Part shown: positions 20,993-31,957 of the stretch, in pieces
How the letters are laid out: each line of letters begins with the position of its first letter
How positions within the stretch are numbered: the stretch's first letter is position 1
NCBI GenBank assembly: GCA_038227875.1
Contig: JBBRPR010000008.1
Span: 1-64,000, forward strand
DNA length: 64,000 bases
Source of the DNA: Planctomycetota bacterium
GTDB taxonomy: Bacteria > Planctomycetota > SZUA-567 > H5-PLA8
Direction: 5' to 3'
Notes under the pieces: model-generated
Told to the model about the DNA's origin: nothing
What the model saw: only the letters and a program-made list of their open reading frames with translations
Database searches by the model: none
Position numbers and translations under genes: made by a program

Positions 20993-22177
20993 ATGAGCGA
21001 CAAAGCGCCGCGCGTGTTGTTGCTGCACAATCGCTACCGGCAGCCGGGCGGTGAGGACGCGATTGTGCAGGCGCAGGCGCAATTGTTGCGCGATCGCGGG
21101 CATGCGGTGCGGGTGTTTGAAAAAGACAATCGCGAAATCGACGGCTACGGGCTGGCGCGCAAGGGGATGTTGTTTCTGGAGATGTCCGGAAACTCACGGT
21201 CGGCAAAGGAAGTCGACGAGATCGCGCAGTCGTTCAAACCCGATGTCGCGCTGATTCACAACACGTTGCCGCTCTTGAGTCCCTCCGTTTACGCGCCGCT
21301 CAAGCGCCGGAACGTGAAGGTGATTCAGTATCTGCACAACTTCCGCCTGGTCTGTCCGGCCGGCACGCTGTTTCGCGACGGTAAGGCTTGTACGCTCTGC
21401 GTTGACGACGGACTGAAACACGCGGTGACGTACCGTTGCTGGAGCAACTCCACGTTTGCCACGCTGGGTGTAACGCGGATGCTCGATCGGCATCGCCGCG
21501 CGCGGACGTGGCACACGCAGGTCGATCTGTTTGTCGCGTCGAATAAATATCAGCGCGACATCTTCGTCAAAGCCAACGTGCTTTCCGAAAGTCGGATCGT
21601 CGTACAGCCGAATTTTCTCCTGCAGCCCCCAGATCTCGGTGAAGTGAACGCGGGAAGCGGTTTCGTTTTTGTCGGACGACTGACGCCGGAGAAGGGCATC
21701 GAGACGTTGCTGAAAGCGGTGGCTTCGCTGAGCGGTGTGAGGCTGACGGTGATCGGTGACGGGCCGCTGCGCGACAAACTGGCCGCTTCGGATCGCGTGG
21801 AGTTCCTCGGGCAGCGTCCGAAGGAAGAGGTCCTCGCGCGCGTGCAGGCAGCGCGCGCGGTAGTGGTGCCGTCGGAGTGGCATGAAGGCTTTCCGCTGAC
21901 GGTGATCGAAGCGATGATGATGGGCCGCCCGGTGATCGCGTCGCGGATGGCCGGGCCGCTGGAAATCGTGCAGGAAGGCCAGACGGGGTTGCTGTTCGAC
22001 GCGGGGAACGTGGAGCAGCTTGCGGGGTGTCTGCGCAGGCTCGAAGACGATCCGAAACTGGCGGAGGAGTACGGTCGGGCAGGGCGGGGGCGCTTTGATC
22101 AGGAATGTTCGCCCGACGCGGGATACCGGCGGATGGTTGAAAATTTTGAGCGAGTTGGGTGTCCTAAAGGCTTGTAA
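20993..22177 (+). CDS. Glycosyltransferase family 4
   Basis: HNRYRQPGGE, FVGRLTPEKG, PSEWHEGFPLTVIEAM..GRPVIAS. Confidence 0.92.
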   Translation: MSDKAPRVLLLHNRYRQPGGEDAIVQAQAQLLRDRGHAVRVFEKDNREIDGYGLARKGMLFLEMSGNSRSAKEVDEIAQSFKPDVALIHNTLPLLSPSVYAPLKRRNVKVIQYLHNFRLVCPAGTLFRDGKACTLCVDDGLKHAVTYRCWSNSTFATLGVTRMLDRHRRARTWHTQVDLFVASNKYQRDIFVKANVLSESRIVVQPNFLLQPPDLGEVNAGSGFVFVGRLTPEKGIETLLKAVASLSGVRLTVIGDGPLRDKLAASDRVEFLGQRPKEEVLARVQAARAVVVPSEWHEGFPLTVIEAMMMGRPVIASRMAGPLEIVQEGQTGLLFDAGNVEQLAGCLRRLEDDPKLAEEYGRAGRGRFDQECSPDAGYRRMVENFERVGCPKGL

Positions 22178-22285
22178 AGTGTTAAGGTAGCCGGACGCGG
22201 GCGGGAATGAACTTGCCAGCGTGCGCCGTACCTCTAAAACGTTGCGATTGAATCTTCTCCAAGTGATGCGCGGCAGGGCGATGCG

Positions 22286-22636
22286 ATGGCTCGAAAACTG
22301 GATATCAAGCAGTCGGCGACCGATTCGGGAGTTCGCATCCTGCATCTCAAGGGCGTGCTCGACGCTCACACCTACCACCAGGTTTCGAAACTGCTGGAAG
22401 AACTCTTCGACGCGGACATCTATAAGATCGTGCTCGATCTGGAAGAAGTCGACTACATGTCGTCCAGCGGCGTTAGCGTGATCCTCGGTTCGCTGCCGAA
22501 AGCGCAGCAGAACAAGGGCGACATCGTCCTGCTCAACCCGACTGAAAAAGTCGACCAGGTGTTTCAGCTCTTTGGTCTTCACGACATGCTGAAGATCGCT
22601 CTGACGAAGCGCGCGGCGCTCGAATTCTTTAAATAA
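22286..22636 (+). CDS. STAS-domain anti-sigma factor antagonist
   Basis: LKGVLDA, LDLEEVDYMSSSG, VFQLFGL. Confidence 0.9.
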   Translation: MARKLDIKQSATDSGVRILHLKGVLDAHTYHQVSKLLEELFDADIYKIVLDLEEVDYMSSSGVSVILGSLPKAQQNKGDIVLLNPTEKVDQVFQLFGLHDMLKIALTKRAALEFFK

Positions 22637-22659
22637 TTCTCTCACTCACGGAGAGACCG

Positions 22660-24450
22660 ATGATCTCCGAACTTCCCAGTTGGGCGCAGGAACTGGCCCG
22701 CACCTACCAGGGCGGCGTCGTCAACACCTTCCTGATTCACGGCAACGTCCACGATCTGGCACCGGTGCGCGAAACCAATGGCGTGCGCTATGTCGGTTTA
22801 AAAGATTTCCTGGTCAAGACGATGTTCCCGCGGCGCGAGCAGGTGATCTGCTACGACCAGGCGGCGGGGATCTGGTTTCCGCAGAACGCGATGCGCGAAG
22901 ACTTCGCGAAAGTCGTGAAGGCCGTCGACACCGTGCAAGGCACGAGCTTCTCCGACCGCCTGCCGCGCGAGCCAGCCCGCGCGCTGCCGCTGATCGAACG
23001 CTTCCTGCGCACGCGGATCATGGACAAGCCCAACTACCGCGCTGCGGTGCTGCTGGACTACGCGCATTTCGTGGCACCGGCGAGCCTGGGGTATTCGTTT
23101 TCACAGGACGATGCCAGCAGTCTGATTACGCTTCACAAGTGGTCGAGCGATCCGGCGTTCACGCGCGCGGACATTACCATTGTGCTGATCACGGAGAATC
23201 TCTCCGATCTGCACCCGCTGCTGGTGCGCTCGCCATACACCACGAAAATTCACATTCCGCTGCCGGACCAGTCTGAGCGGCTCGATTATCTGCACGCGAT
23301 TACGACTCCGTCGGAAGTGGCGGCGCTGAGCGCGCTGTCGCTGGAAGAAATCAGCATCCACACGGCCGGACTTTCGCGCGTGAATATCGAGCAGCTCCTG
23401 GCCAAGGCGCGACTGGCGGCGGAAGTGAGCACGGAAGTGCTACCCGCGAAGCAGACGGACGGCGGCGTCGACGCTCCGATTAACGCGGGACCGGCGAAGA
23501 AGCTCGACCTGGACGCATTGTTCGCCGAGAAAAAGGCGATCATCGAGAAAGAGTGCTTCGGCCTGCTGGAATTCCTGAAGCCCAAGCGCGGTCTGGAATC
23601 CGTGAGCGGCCACGAAGCGGCGAAGGCGTGGCTGCAGGACGACGCGCGGTTGCTGAAGGAAGGGAAGCTCGACGCGCTGCCGATGGGCTACCTGATCTGC
23701 GGCCCGGTCGGCACCGGTAAGACGTACCTCATGACCTGCTATGCCGGCACGCTGGGCATTCCGTGCGTAAAGCTGATGAATTTCCGCAGCCAGTGGCAGG
23801 GCGCAACGGAAGGCAATTGGGAAAAGATTCTCAACACACTCAAAGCAACCGGCCCCGTCGCGGTGATCATCGACGAAGCCGACGCGGCGGTGGGCAACCG
23901 CGATAATTCCGGCGACAGCGGGACGAGCTCACGCGTGTTCTCGATGCTCGCGCAGCAGATGGGCGATACTAATTACCGCGGGCACATCCTCTGGTTCCTG
24001 CTGACCTGCCGCCCCGATCTGCTCCCGATCGACTTGAAGCGCCAGGGCCGCGCGGAAGTTCACATTCCGCTTTTCTATCCCACCAGCGACGACGAGAAGC
24101 GCCTGTACTTCACGATCCTGGCCAAGAAGAGTGGTGCGGTTCTGGAAGGCAAGGATGTCCCCGAAGCGGCGTTGAAGATGCGGCTGTCGGGATCGGACAT
24201 CGAAGGCATTGTGATCCGCGCCAAGCGCCGAGCGCTGTTGCGCAACGCGACGGTGATCGGGCCGGAAGATCTGGCGGGCGAAGTGAAGAGCTTCTCACCG
24301 ACGAGCAACAGCGACGAACTGGAATTGCAGATACTCTCGGCTGTGGTCGAGTGCACGCATCAGGATTTCCTGCCGGAGGATCTGAAGAAGATCGACCGCG
24401 GCGAGGCGTGCAAGAAGGTGGAGTTGCTGAAGATGTCGCTGACGCGTTAG
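22660..24450 (+). CDS. AAA+ family ATPase
   Basis: Walker A GPVGTGKT, Walker B IIDEAD, SRH LKRQGR, SGSDIE; degenerate N-terminal AAA-like half. Confidence 0.9.
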   Translation: MISELPSWAQELARTYQGGVVNTFLIHGNVHDLAPVRETNGVRYVGLKDFLVKTMFPRREQVICYDQAAGIWFPQNAMREDFAKVVKAVDTVQGTSFSDRLPREPARALPLIERFLRTRIMDKPNYRAAVLLDYAHFVAPASLGYSFSQDDASSLITLHKWSSDPAFTRADITIVLITENLSDLHPLLVRSPYTTKIHIPLPDQSERLDYLHAITTPSEVAALSALSLEEISIHTAGLSRVNIEQLLAKARLAAEVSTEVLPAKQTDGGVDAPINAGPAKKLDLDALFAEKKAIIEKECFGLLEFLKPKRGLESVSGHEAAKAWLQDDARLLKEGKLDALPMGYLICGPVGTGKTYLMTCYAGTLGIPCVKLMNFRSQWQGATEGNWEKILNTLKATGPVAVIIDEADAAVGNRDNSGDSGTSSRVFSMLAQQMGDTNYRGHILWFLLTCRPDLLPIDLKRQGRAEVHIPLFYPTSDDEKRLYFTILAKKSGAVLEGKDVPEAALKMRLSGSDIEGIVIRAKRRALLRNATVIGPEDLAGEVKSFSPTSNSDELELQILSAVVECTHQDFLPEDLKKIDRGEACKKVELLKMSLTR

Positions 24451-24620
24451 AAGCTTAGCCGCAGGGCATGCGATGGTATCGGCGGTCACAGGTCCACCGC
24501 ATGCCCAGCGGCCCACTAAACGTGTCTATTTAGCCAAATTGTCCGTGAAACGTCTGGCTGTTGAGGCGTTCCACGGCGTAGGTCAAAGATTTATCAACGG
24601 GCCGCGGCTCGCAAAAGTGG

Positions 24621-25133
24621 TCACACCGGTTCGCGCAGAAACTCGACCGTGGTCGCGTGCCAGACGCGGCTGTCGGCGGATTTCTTGCGGCTGGACGCAT
24701 GCTGTTCAAAGTGTGTGCTGATCTTCTTGAAGATCTCTTCGTCTTCGTCTTCAGTATCGCTTTCGAATTCTGGTGGTGGGACCGGCAGCCGGTGGATGGC
24801 GTACGCAGCCAGTAGCGACGCGGCGAGACTCATGCCGCGCGTCAGGTTGGGCAATGCGTGCGCGTTCAGAAGTTCGAAAATCGCGTCGGTGCCGACGACG
24901 TTTAGCAGCGTCCAGTGGGCGATTACGAAGCCGAAGGCAATGCCCATGCGGAAACCTGGCGCGGTGCGTGCGGCGGCGTATGTTACCAGAAAAGCGGCTG
25001 CGACACTGGCGAGCACCGGGCAGACGAGACGATCGTCGAAGACGAAACTGGCCAAACACGCGACTACTTGAATGTAAGCGTAAGTGCCGAGAGCGGCAGG
25101 CAACACCGAGAACCAACGCATTGATTTCGACAT
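24621..25133 (-). CDS. Hypothetical membrane protein
   Basis: Four hydrophobic helices and acidic tail; GAGGAG RBS. Confidence 0.65.
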   Translation of the reverse strand: MSKSMRWFSVLPAALGTYAYIQVVACLASFVFDDRLVCPVLASVAAAFLVTYAAARTAPGFRMGIAFGFVIAHWTLLNVVGTDAIFELLNAHALPNLTRGMSLAASLLAAYAIHRLPVPPPEFESDTEDEDEEIFKKISTHFEQHASSRKKSADSRVWHATTVEFLREPV

Positions 25134-25413
25134 ACTGGAAACTCCTCAACCGACCTCCACGGACCACATTTGCACAATGTGCAAGATTCGTGCCATGAGC
25201 AAAAAGCAGGGCGTTTTCTCAGTGTCACGTATGAAGATTTAGAAGACCTGTTTTGACGGCCGCTTAAAAGCTGCCGACTCGACGGAACGAGCGTGCGGGG
25301 AATCTCCACACGGGTGACAAAAAATTGGAGCACCGCTGACAAGAAAGAGTGGCGTAATCGAGACGACAGAAAAAATTTCTCGCCGTGGTTGGTGAACGCG
25401 GTAGCTTGCAATC

Positions 25414-27819
25414 ATGAGTGTTCATACAGACCGCATTTTCGAAAAGTTAAATCCCCAGCAACGCGAGGCTGTCGAGACGCTCGACGGACCGCTGCTGATT
25501 CTCGCCGGCGCCGGGTCGGGGAAAACGCGCGGGGTCACGCGGCGCATCGCCAACCTGATCGCTCATGGCGCGCGGCCGTGGGAAATCCTCGCCATCACCT
25601 TCACCAACAAGGCCGCCGGCGAAATGCGGCGCCGCGTCGAAGATCTTTGTGGCCAATCGGGCGTGTGGCTCTCGACGTTTCACAGTTTCTCCGCACGCAT
25701 CCTGCGCCGTGAAGCGGAAGCGCTCGGTTTCACCAAAGACTTCACGATTTACGACGAAGAAGACGCCAGCGGCATCCTGAAAGACATCGTCAAGCAACTG
25801 GGACTGGGCGAGGACAAGCGCTTCACGCCGCGCGCGGTGCGGCAGATGATCTCACAGCTCAAGAGCAAGGCGATGCGTTACACCGACATGCAGGAGGGCC
25901 TCTACGACGAGCGCGTGCTGCAGCAGATTTTTGGCATGTACGAAAAGGAACTGCAGAAGAACAATGCACTCGATTTCGACGACCTCCTCCGCCAGATGGT
26001 GCTGCTGTTCAAGGAACATCCTGACGTGCTGGCGCGCTACCAGGATCGTTTCCGCTTTCTGCTCGTCGACGAGTACCAGGACACGAATCACTGCCAGTAC
26101 CAGATTGTGAAGATGCTCGGCGCCAAACATCACAACGTCTGCTCAACGGGCGATCCGGATCAGTCGATCTACGGCTGGCGCGGCGCGGACGTGCAGAACA
26201 TTCTGTCGTTCGAGGCCGATTTTCCGGAAGCGAAGATCGTGAAGCTGGAGCAGAATTACCGTTCCACCAAGCGCATCCTCGCCGCCGCCGATGCGGTGAT
26301 TCAGCACAACAAGCAGCGCAAACACAAGTCGCTGTGGACGGAGAACGATCAAGGCGCGGCGCTTTCGTTCAACCTCGCGGCCGACGAACAGCTCGAAGCG
26401 TACCAGATCGCGCGCACCATCGAACGCCACGTGCGCGAAGGGCGGCGCTACAACGAGATCGCGGTCTTCTACCGCACCAATTCGCAATCGCGGCCGATCG
26501 AAGAAGCGCTGGTCCAGGCGACGATGCCGTATCAACTTATCGGCGGCACCGCGTTTTATGAGCGCAAAGAAATCAAGGACGCACTGGCGTACCTGCGCCT
26601 GGTTGTCAACCCGCGCGACGATGTTTCGTTCCGACGCGTGGTCAACGTGCCGAAGCGCTCTCTCGGCGATTCGGCGGTTGAGATCATCGAGCAAGAAGCC
26701 GCGCGGCGCGCGTGCGGACTGCTGGAGACGCTGGACGGACCGGACGTCGATCAGTTCTTAAGTTTATTCAAGCCGAAGGCCAAGCAGGGGCTGATCCAGT
26801 TCGCGCGGCTGATCGACACGCTGCGTGCGATGCCGCAGTTTCCGGTCACCAGCGTGCTCGACAAGATGCTCGAGAAAAGCGGCATGCGCGCAGCGCTCAG
26901 CGACGCCGGCGAGACCGAACGTCTCGAGAATCTCGAACAGCTCGTCAACGCCGCGGCGAAATTCGACGAAGAGTACGACCCGGCCAAGACCAAGTTGCCC
27001 GATGGCCCGCCGCCGGAACCGGGCGCGTACGACGGAATGGAAGAGGCCGCCGAGCGGCAGGCCTCGCTGGCGGGATTTCTGGAAAACAGCGCGTTGCTGG
27101 CGCCCACAGACAATTTCAATCCGGAAGAAGACCGTATCACGCTGATGACGCTGCACATGGCCAAGGGTTTGGAATTTCCGATCGTCTTCCTGAGCGGACT
27201 GGAAGATGGCCTTTTGCCGATGCTGCGTATGTCAACACCCGCGCCGTCCGATCCGTTTGCGCGGGAGAAGGTCGAAGATCCGGCCGCGATCGAAGAAGAG
27301 CGGCGCTTGATGTATGTGGGCATGACGCGCGCCATGGAGCGGCTGTACCTGTCGCGCGCGCGTTATCGCATGCGCTTTGGCAAGTCGGACATCTCCATTC
27401 CATCACGATTCCTGAGCGAGATTCCGGATGACCTGCTGGAATCGAGTTCGCAGAATCTGAACCAAGGGCGCAAATTTGCGCCGTTCGAGACCAAAAAGGA
27501 ATTGGATGACGACGATGCCTTCGGCGCGTTTGAGAAAGAGGTCGCCAAAGCGTTCAGTGACGATGTCGTTGAACCCTCCGTCTCCCGCAAGCACGACCCG
27601 GCGCTGCGTTCGATGGTCGACCGGATGCTGGACACCAGCGATTCGCAGGAAGAGCCGGCGGAATTCGAAATCGGCGACAAGGTCCGGCATCACAGTTTTG
27701 GCGACGGCATCATCGAGTCGCTGAGCGGCTCGGGATTGTCGTTGAAAGCAAAAGTCCATTTCCGCGGCAAAGGCCCAAAGCTGCTGCTGTTGAGCCATGC
27801 GAAGCTGGAGAAAATCTAG
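25414..27819 (+). CDS. pcrA: UvrD/PcrA ATP-dependent DNA helicase
   Basis: AGAGSGKT, TFTNKAA, VDEYQD, GDPDQSIYGWRGA, LEQNYRS, TLHMAKGLEF, EERRLMYVGMTRA, C-terminal Tudor-like domain. Confidence 0.95.
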   Translation: MSVHTDRIFEKLNPQQREAVETLDGPLLILAGAGSGKTRGVTRRIANLIAHGARPWEILAITFTNKAAGEMRRRVEDLCGQSGVWLSTFHSFSARILRREAEALGFTKDFTIYDEEDASGILKDIVKQLGLGEDKRFTPRAVRQMISQLKSKAMRYTDMQEGLYDERVLQQIFGMYEKELQKNNALDFDDLLRQMVLLFKEHPDVLARYQDRFRFLLVDEYQDTNHCQYQIVKMLGAKHHNVCSTGDPDQSIYGWRGADVQNILSFEADFPEAKIVKLEQNYRSTKRILAAADAVIQHNKQRKHKSLWTENDQGAALSFNLAADEQLEAYQIARTIERHVREGRRYNEIAVFYRTNSQSRPIEEALVQATMPYQLIGGTAFYERKEIKDALAYLRLVVNPRDDVSFRRVVNVPKRSLGDSAVEIIEQEAARRACGLLETLDGPDVDQFLSLFKPKAKQGLIQFARLIDTLRAMPQFPVTSVLDKMLEKSGMRAALSDAGETERLENLEQLVNAAAKFDEEYDPAKTKLPDGPPPEPGAYDGMEEAAERQASLAGFLENSALLAPTDNFNPEEDRITLMTLHMAKGLEFPIVFLSGLEDGLLPMLRMSTPAPSDPFAREKVEDPAAIEEERRLMYVGMTRAMERLYLSRARYRMRFGKSDISIPSRFLSEIPDDLLESSSQNLNQGRKFAPFETKKELDDDDAFGAFEKEVAKAFSDDVVEPSVSRKHDPALRSMVDRMLDTSDSQEEPAEFEIGDKVRHHSFGDGIIESLSGSGLSLKAKVHFRGKGPKLLLLSHAKLEKI

Positions 27820-27910
27820 GAATATCGAAGGGCGAATGCCGAATGTCGAAACAACTGCAGGCGCCCTGAGCGGTTTGCGTTTTTCTCTGCTTTAAATTAT
27901 CCTTGGGTGC

Positions 27911-29356
27911 ATGGCCGAGGCGACTCCTTCCAACTCACACAAGATCCTGGTGGTCGACGACGAGCAGGCAATCTGCTGGGCGTTTACGCAGCTGCTGCAG
28001 CCGGAAGGCTACACGGTTTTCGTTGCGGCATCGGCGGAGGAAGGACTTGAAATCGCGGCACGCGAAGCGCCGGACTTGGTGCTCCTCGACGTCCGTCTCC
28101 CGGGCATCTCCGGACTGCAGGCACTGCCGAAATTCAAGGAGCTGAATCCCGATCTGCCGGTGCTGGTGATGACGGCGCACGGCACAATGGACACGGCGAT
28201 CGAAGCGACAAAGCGCGGCGCGTACAATTACCTGACCAAGCCCATTCACAACGAAGACGCGCTCCATCACATCCGCACCGCGCTGGAACGGCGCACGCTC
28301 TCGCGCGAAGTCGTGCAATTGCGCAAGGAACTCGAAGACGCGCACAGCGTCGAAACGCTGATCGGCCGCACACCGCTGATGCAGGACGTGTACAAGAAGA
28401 TTGGCGCCGTCGCGCCGAGCAGTAGTTCGGTGCTGATTACCGGCGAGTCGGGTTCCGGCAAGGAACTCGTCGCCAAGGCGATTCACGGCTACTCGGATCG
28501 CGCGAAGGGCCCGTTCATCGCGGTCAATTGCGCCTCGATGCCCGAGCCGCTGCTCGAAAGCGAACTTTACGGACACGTGAAGGGCGCGTTCACCGGCGCG
28601 ATCCGCGACAAAGCCGGCAAGGCGGAAGTCGCCGACGGCGGCACGCTCTTCCTCGACGAAATCGGCGAAATGCCGCTCTCGATCCAGGCCAAGCTGCTGC
28701 GCTTCCTGGAACTCAAGCGCTTCGAACGCGTCGGCAGCACGGAATCAGTGGAGGTTGACGTCCGAATCGTCGCCGCCACGAATCTCGATCTGCGCGTGCA
28801 GATCAAGAAACAGCTTTTCCGCGAAGACCTGTATTATCGGCTCAACGTCGTCTCGATCGAATTGCCGGCGCTGCGCAACCGCAAGGACGACGTGCCGATT
28901 CTCGTCGCGCGTTTTCTATCGAAGTCGAAGGCGCTCACCGGAAACCGCCCGCCGGAGATCAGCGCCGACGCGATGAAACTCCTGGAACGCTACGATTGGC
29001 CGGGGAACGTCCGCGAGCTGAAAAACGCGATCGAACACGCGATGATCCTCGCCCGTGACAAGACGATCACGCCCGAACATCTGCCGGCGCATATCCTGCA
29101 GAATCTGCGCGGCGAAGATCCGCGGCAGGGCACGAGCCTCGACGAATTGATCCGCCAGCGCACGCATCGGGCGCTGGACTCCGCCGAAGGTCTGGAAGAA
29201 GGGAACGCGTACGCCGAGATCAACGCGGACGTGGAGAAGGTGATCCTGGAGACGACTCTCAAACGGGTCGGCGGCAATCAGGTCAAGGCCAGCAAGCTGC
29301 TCGGCATTCATCGCACAACGCTGCGCAAGAAAATCGAGGACTACGGGCTGCAGTAG
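27911..29356 (+). CDS. Sigma-54-dependent response regulator (NtrC/AtoC family)
   Basis: REC domain, [29 protein letters not shown], Fis-type HTH. Confidence 0.95.
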   Translation: MAEATPSNSHKILVVDDEQAICWAFTQLLQPEGYTVFVAASAEEGLEIAAREAPDLVLLDVRLPGISGLQALPKFKELNPDLPVLVMTAHGTMDTAIEATKRGAYNYLTKPIHNEDALHHIRTALERRTLSREVVQLRKELEDAHSVETLIGRTPLMQDVYKKIGAVAPSSSSVLITGESGSGKELVAKAIHGYSDRAKGPFIAVNCASMPEPLLESELYGHVKGAFTGAIRDKAGKAEVADGGTLFLDEIGEMPLSIQAKLLRFLELKRFERVGSTESVEVDVRIVAATNLDLRVQIKKQLFREDLYYRLNVVSIELPALRNRKDDVPILVARFLSKSKALTGNRPPEISADAMKLLERYDWPGNVRELKNAIEHAMILARDKTITPEHLPAHILQNLRGEDPRQGTSLDELIRQRTHRALDSAEGLEEGNAYAEINADVEKVILETTLKRVGGNQVKASKLLGIHRTTLRKKIEDYGLQ

Positions 29357-29370
29357 CAGGCTCACACATC

Positions 29371-29868
29371 ATGGCGAAAGCACGCAAACTCACCCATCTG
29401 GATCAACACGGCCGCGCTCGCATGGTCGATGTCGGTGACAAACCGTCCACCAGCCGTGCGGCGCTGGCCGAAGCCACGGTGCTGATGGATCCCGAAACGC
29501 TGGCGCTGATCACGCGCAAATCGGCGCGCAAAGGCGACGTGCTCGCCGTGGCGCGCGTGGCGGGAATTCAGGCCGCCAAGCGCACCGACGAATTCATTCC
29601 GCTCTGCCATTCGCTGGCGCTGACCAGCGTCACCGTCGACTTCGATACGCCGAACGAAAAAGCGTTGCACATTCTCACCCGCGCGCGCTGCAAGGGCGAG
29701 ACGGGTGTCGAGATGGAAGCGCTGATGGCCGCGAGCGTCGCCGCGCTGACCGTCTACGACATGTTGAAGGCCGCCGACCGCGGCATGGAAATTACACAAG
29801 TCCGGCTGCTGGAGAAAAGTGGCGGACGCAGTGGCGAATGGAAGCGCGGCAAGACCAAACGCAAGTGA
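29371..29868 (+). CDS. moaC: Cyclic pyranopterin monophosphate synthase
   Basis: [42 protein letters not shown]. Confidence 0.96.
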   Translation: MAKARKLTHLDQHGRARMVDVGDKPSTSRAALAEATVLMDPETLALITRKSARKGDVLAVARVAGIQAAKRTDEFIPLCHSLALTSVTVDFDTPNEKALHILTRARCKGETGVEMEALMAASVAALTVYDMLKAADRGMEITQVRLLEKSGGRSGEWKRGKTKRK

Positions 29869-29913
29869 CCATACTGCGTTGACGCCACGGTGTAAGTCTC
29901 CTAATCTAACCGT

Positions 29914-29939
29914 AGCGGCTCGGGTTGAGCCGCTTTTTT
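29914..29939 (+). terminator. Intrinsic terminator after moaC
   Basis: AGCGGCTC-gggtt-GAGCCGCT followed by a T run. Confidence 0.75.
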
Positions 29940-29984
29940 AGTCGCGTGCGGTTTTTCGCGCGCCATGCATGTCAGGAGTCGTCG

Positions 29985-31931
29985 ATGGGCCTGCTCGAAG
30001 ATCTGGAATCCCTGCGCACCGCCGCCGTCGCGGCCTTTGCATCCGCTCAAAACAAGGAAGCGCTCGAAGCTGTGCGCGTCGAATACCTCGGCACGCGCGG
30101 CAAGTTGAAGTCGGCGCTCGGCCGTATGGGCGAAGTTTCCAAAGAGCAGAAACCGGTCGTCGGCAAGCGCGCCAACGAGCTCACCACCGAACTGCAGGCC
30201 GCGTTCGATGCCGCGAAAGCGCGCGTCGAGGCATCGGCTCCGGCCGGCACCGTGCCGGGAAGCGGCGAAGGTTCCAGCCTGGAGCAACTGCGCTTCGAAC
30301 GCCTCGACAAGCTCAAGAAGTACGAAGAGAAGATCGGGCCTGGTGCAGCGTGGGGATCGCGCTTCCCGGACCGCACCAGCGGCAAGTCGATCACCTCGAT
30401 TGGAGCGACTCGCAAACTCTTTCCCACCTTCCGCGCCGAAGAGAATATGGGCGACGGCACCAAGAAATTCGGCACCGTCGTTCTCGCCGCGCGCGTGATG
30501 TTGCGTCGCGACCAGTCGAAGAAGCTGATTTTTCTGACGGTGCAGGATCAGACCGGGTCGATCCAGGTCGCACTGTGGAACAACCTGCTCAACGAGGAAA
30601 GCCTGGCGCTGCTGCGCGACACGCTGGACCTGTGGGATATTGTCGGCATCGAAGGCGAGTTGATGTACACACAGAAGGGCGAGCCGACCGTGTGGGCGAC
30701 GAGCGCGCGGATCCTGACCAAATGTATTGCACCGCCGCCGGACAAGCACCACGGCATCCACGACAAGGAAATCCGCTACCGGCACCGCTACCTCGATCTG
30801 ATCTCATCGCCGGAATCGCGCCATGCGTTCATTCTGCGTTCGAAGACGATCGCCGGCGTGCGGCGCTTCCTCGATGCGCAGGGATTTCTGGAAGTGGAAA
30901 CGCCCGTGCTCCAGACGATTCCCGGCGGCGCCGCGGCGCGGCCGTTCGAGACGAAACTCAACGCGCTAGACATGCGCATGTACATGCGCATCGCCACGGA
31001 AATCGGCCTGAAGAAGGTGCTCGTCGGCGGGCTGGAGCGCGTGTATGAACTCGGCCGCATCTTCCGCAACGAGGGCTTGAGCCCGAGGCACAATCCTGAA
31101 TTCACGATGATCGAGATCTACCAATCGTACGGCGATTTGCGCGACATGATGGCGCTGATGGAAAACCTGATCAGCCATCTGGCCGAAACGCTGACCGGCT
31201 CGACGACCGTAATGTTCCGCGGCAAGCAGGTGAAGCTCGGCGCGCCCTGGCCACGCTTGGAATACACGGAGCTCCTGAAACAGCACGCCGGCGTTTCGCA
31301 CGACGACATTGCGGGACTCGACGCCAAGCTGCGCGAGAAGGGCATCGATCCGTCGGGGCTGTCGCACGTCGACAAGATCGACGGCGTCTTTGGCGAATAC
31401 GCGGAACCGCATCTTCAGGACGCGTGCTTCGTGATCAATCAGCCCGTCGAGATGAGCCCACTGTGCAAGGCGCATCCGGTCAACCCGAAACTCGCCGACC
31501 GATTCGAAGCGTTTGCGTCAGGCATGGAAATCGGCAACGCGTACACCGAACTCAATGACCCGATCGAGCAGCGCAAGCGGCTCGTCGAACAGGCCAACGA
31601 CGCCGCGAAGCATGCATTCAAGCAACTCACGGACGCGGGCTTGCTGGATTACGTCAAAGTCGAAGCGTCGGACGCCGAATGGGTCGACAAGGCCAAGAAG
31701 GCGATCGAAGCGATTCCCGCGAGCGACAAACGCCGCGCGAAGCTCGCCGAGCTGGCGAAGCACACGCACGCCGTCGACCAGCGCGTTGACGAGGACTTCC
31801 TCAACGCGATGGAACACGGCATGCCGCCGGCGGGAGGCCTCGGGATCGGCATCGACCGCATCGTGATGCTGCTGGCCAGCGCGGATTCAATCCGGGACAT
31901 TATTTTGTTCCCGCTGATGCGGCCGGAGTAG
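29985..31931 (+). CDS. lysS: Class II lysine--tRNA ligase with N-terminal PheS-like coiled coil
   Basis: OB fold, RYRHRYLDL, FLEVETP, GGAAARPF, GRIFRNEG..HNPEFT, EIGNAYTELNDP, GMPPAGGLGIGIDR; AGGAG RBS. Confidence 0.95.
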   Translation: MGLLEDLESLRTAAVAAFASAQNKEALEAVRVEYLGTRGKLKSALGRMGEVSKEQKPVVGKRANELTTELQAAFDAAKARVEASAPAGTVPGSGEGSSLEQLRFERLDKLKKYEEKIGPGAAWGSRFPDRTSGKSITSIGATRKLFPTFRAEENMGDGTKKFGTVVLAARVMLRRDQSKKLIFLTVQDQTGSIQVALWNNLLNEESLALLRDTLDLWDIVGIEGELMYTQKGEPTVWATSARILTKCIAPPPDKHHGIHDKEIRYRHRYLDLISSPESRHAFILRSKTIAGVRRFLDAQGFLEVETPVLQTIPGGAAARPFETKLNALDMRMYMRIATEIGLKKVLVGGLERVYELGRIFRNEGLSPRHNPEFTMIEIYQSYGDLRDMMALMENLISHLAETLTGSTTVMFRGKQVKLGAPWPRLEYTELLKQHAGVSHDDIAGLDAKLREKGIDPSGLSHVDKIDGVFGEYAEPHLQDACFVINQPVEMSPLCKAHPVNPKLADRFEAFASGMEIGNAYTELNDPIEQRKRLVEQANDAAKHAFKQLTDAGLLDYVKVEASDAEWVDKAKKAIEAIPASDKRRAKLAELAKHTHAVDQRVDEDFLNAMEHGMPPAGGLGIGIDRIVMLLASADSIRDIILFPLMRPE

Positions 31932-31957
31932 TTGGCCGGACGGATGCAGTATATTCA

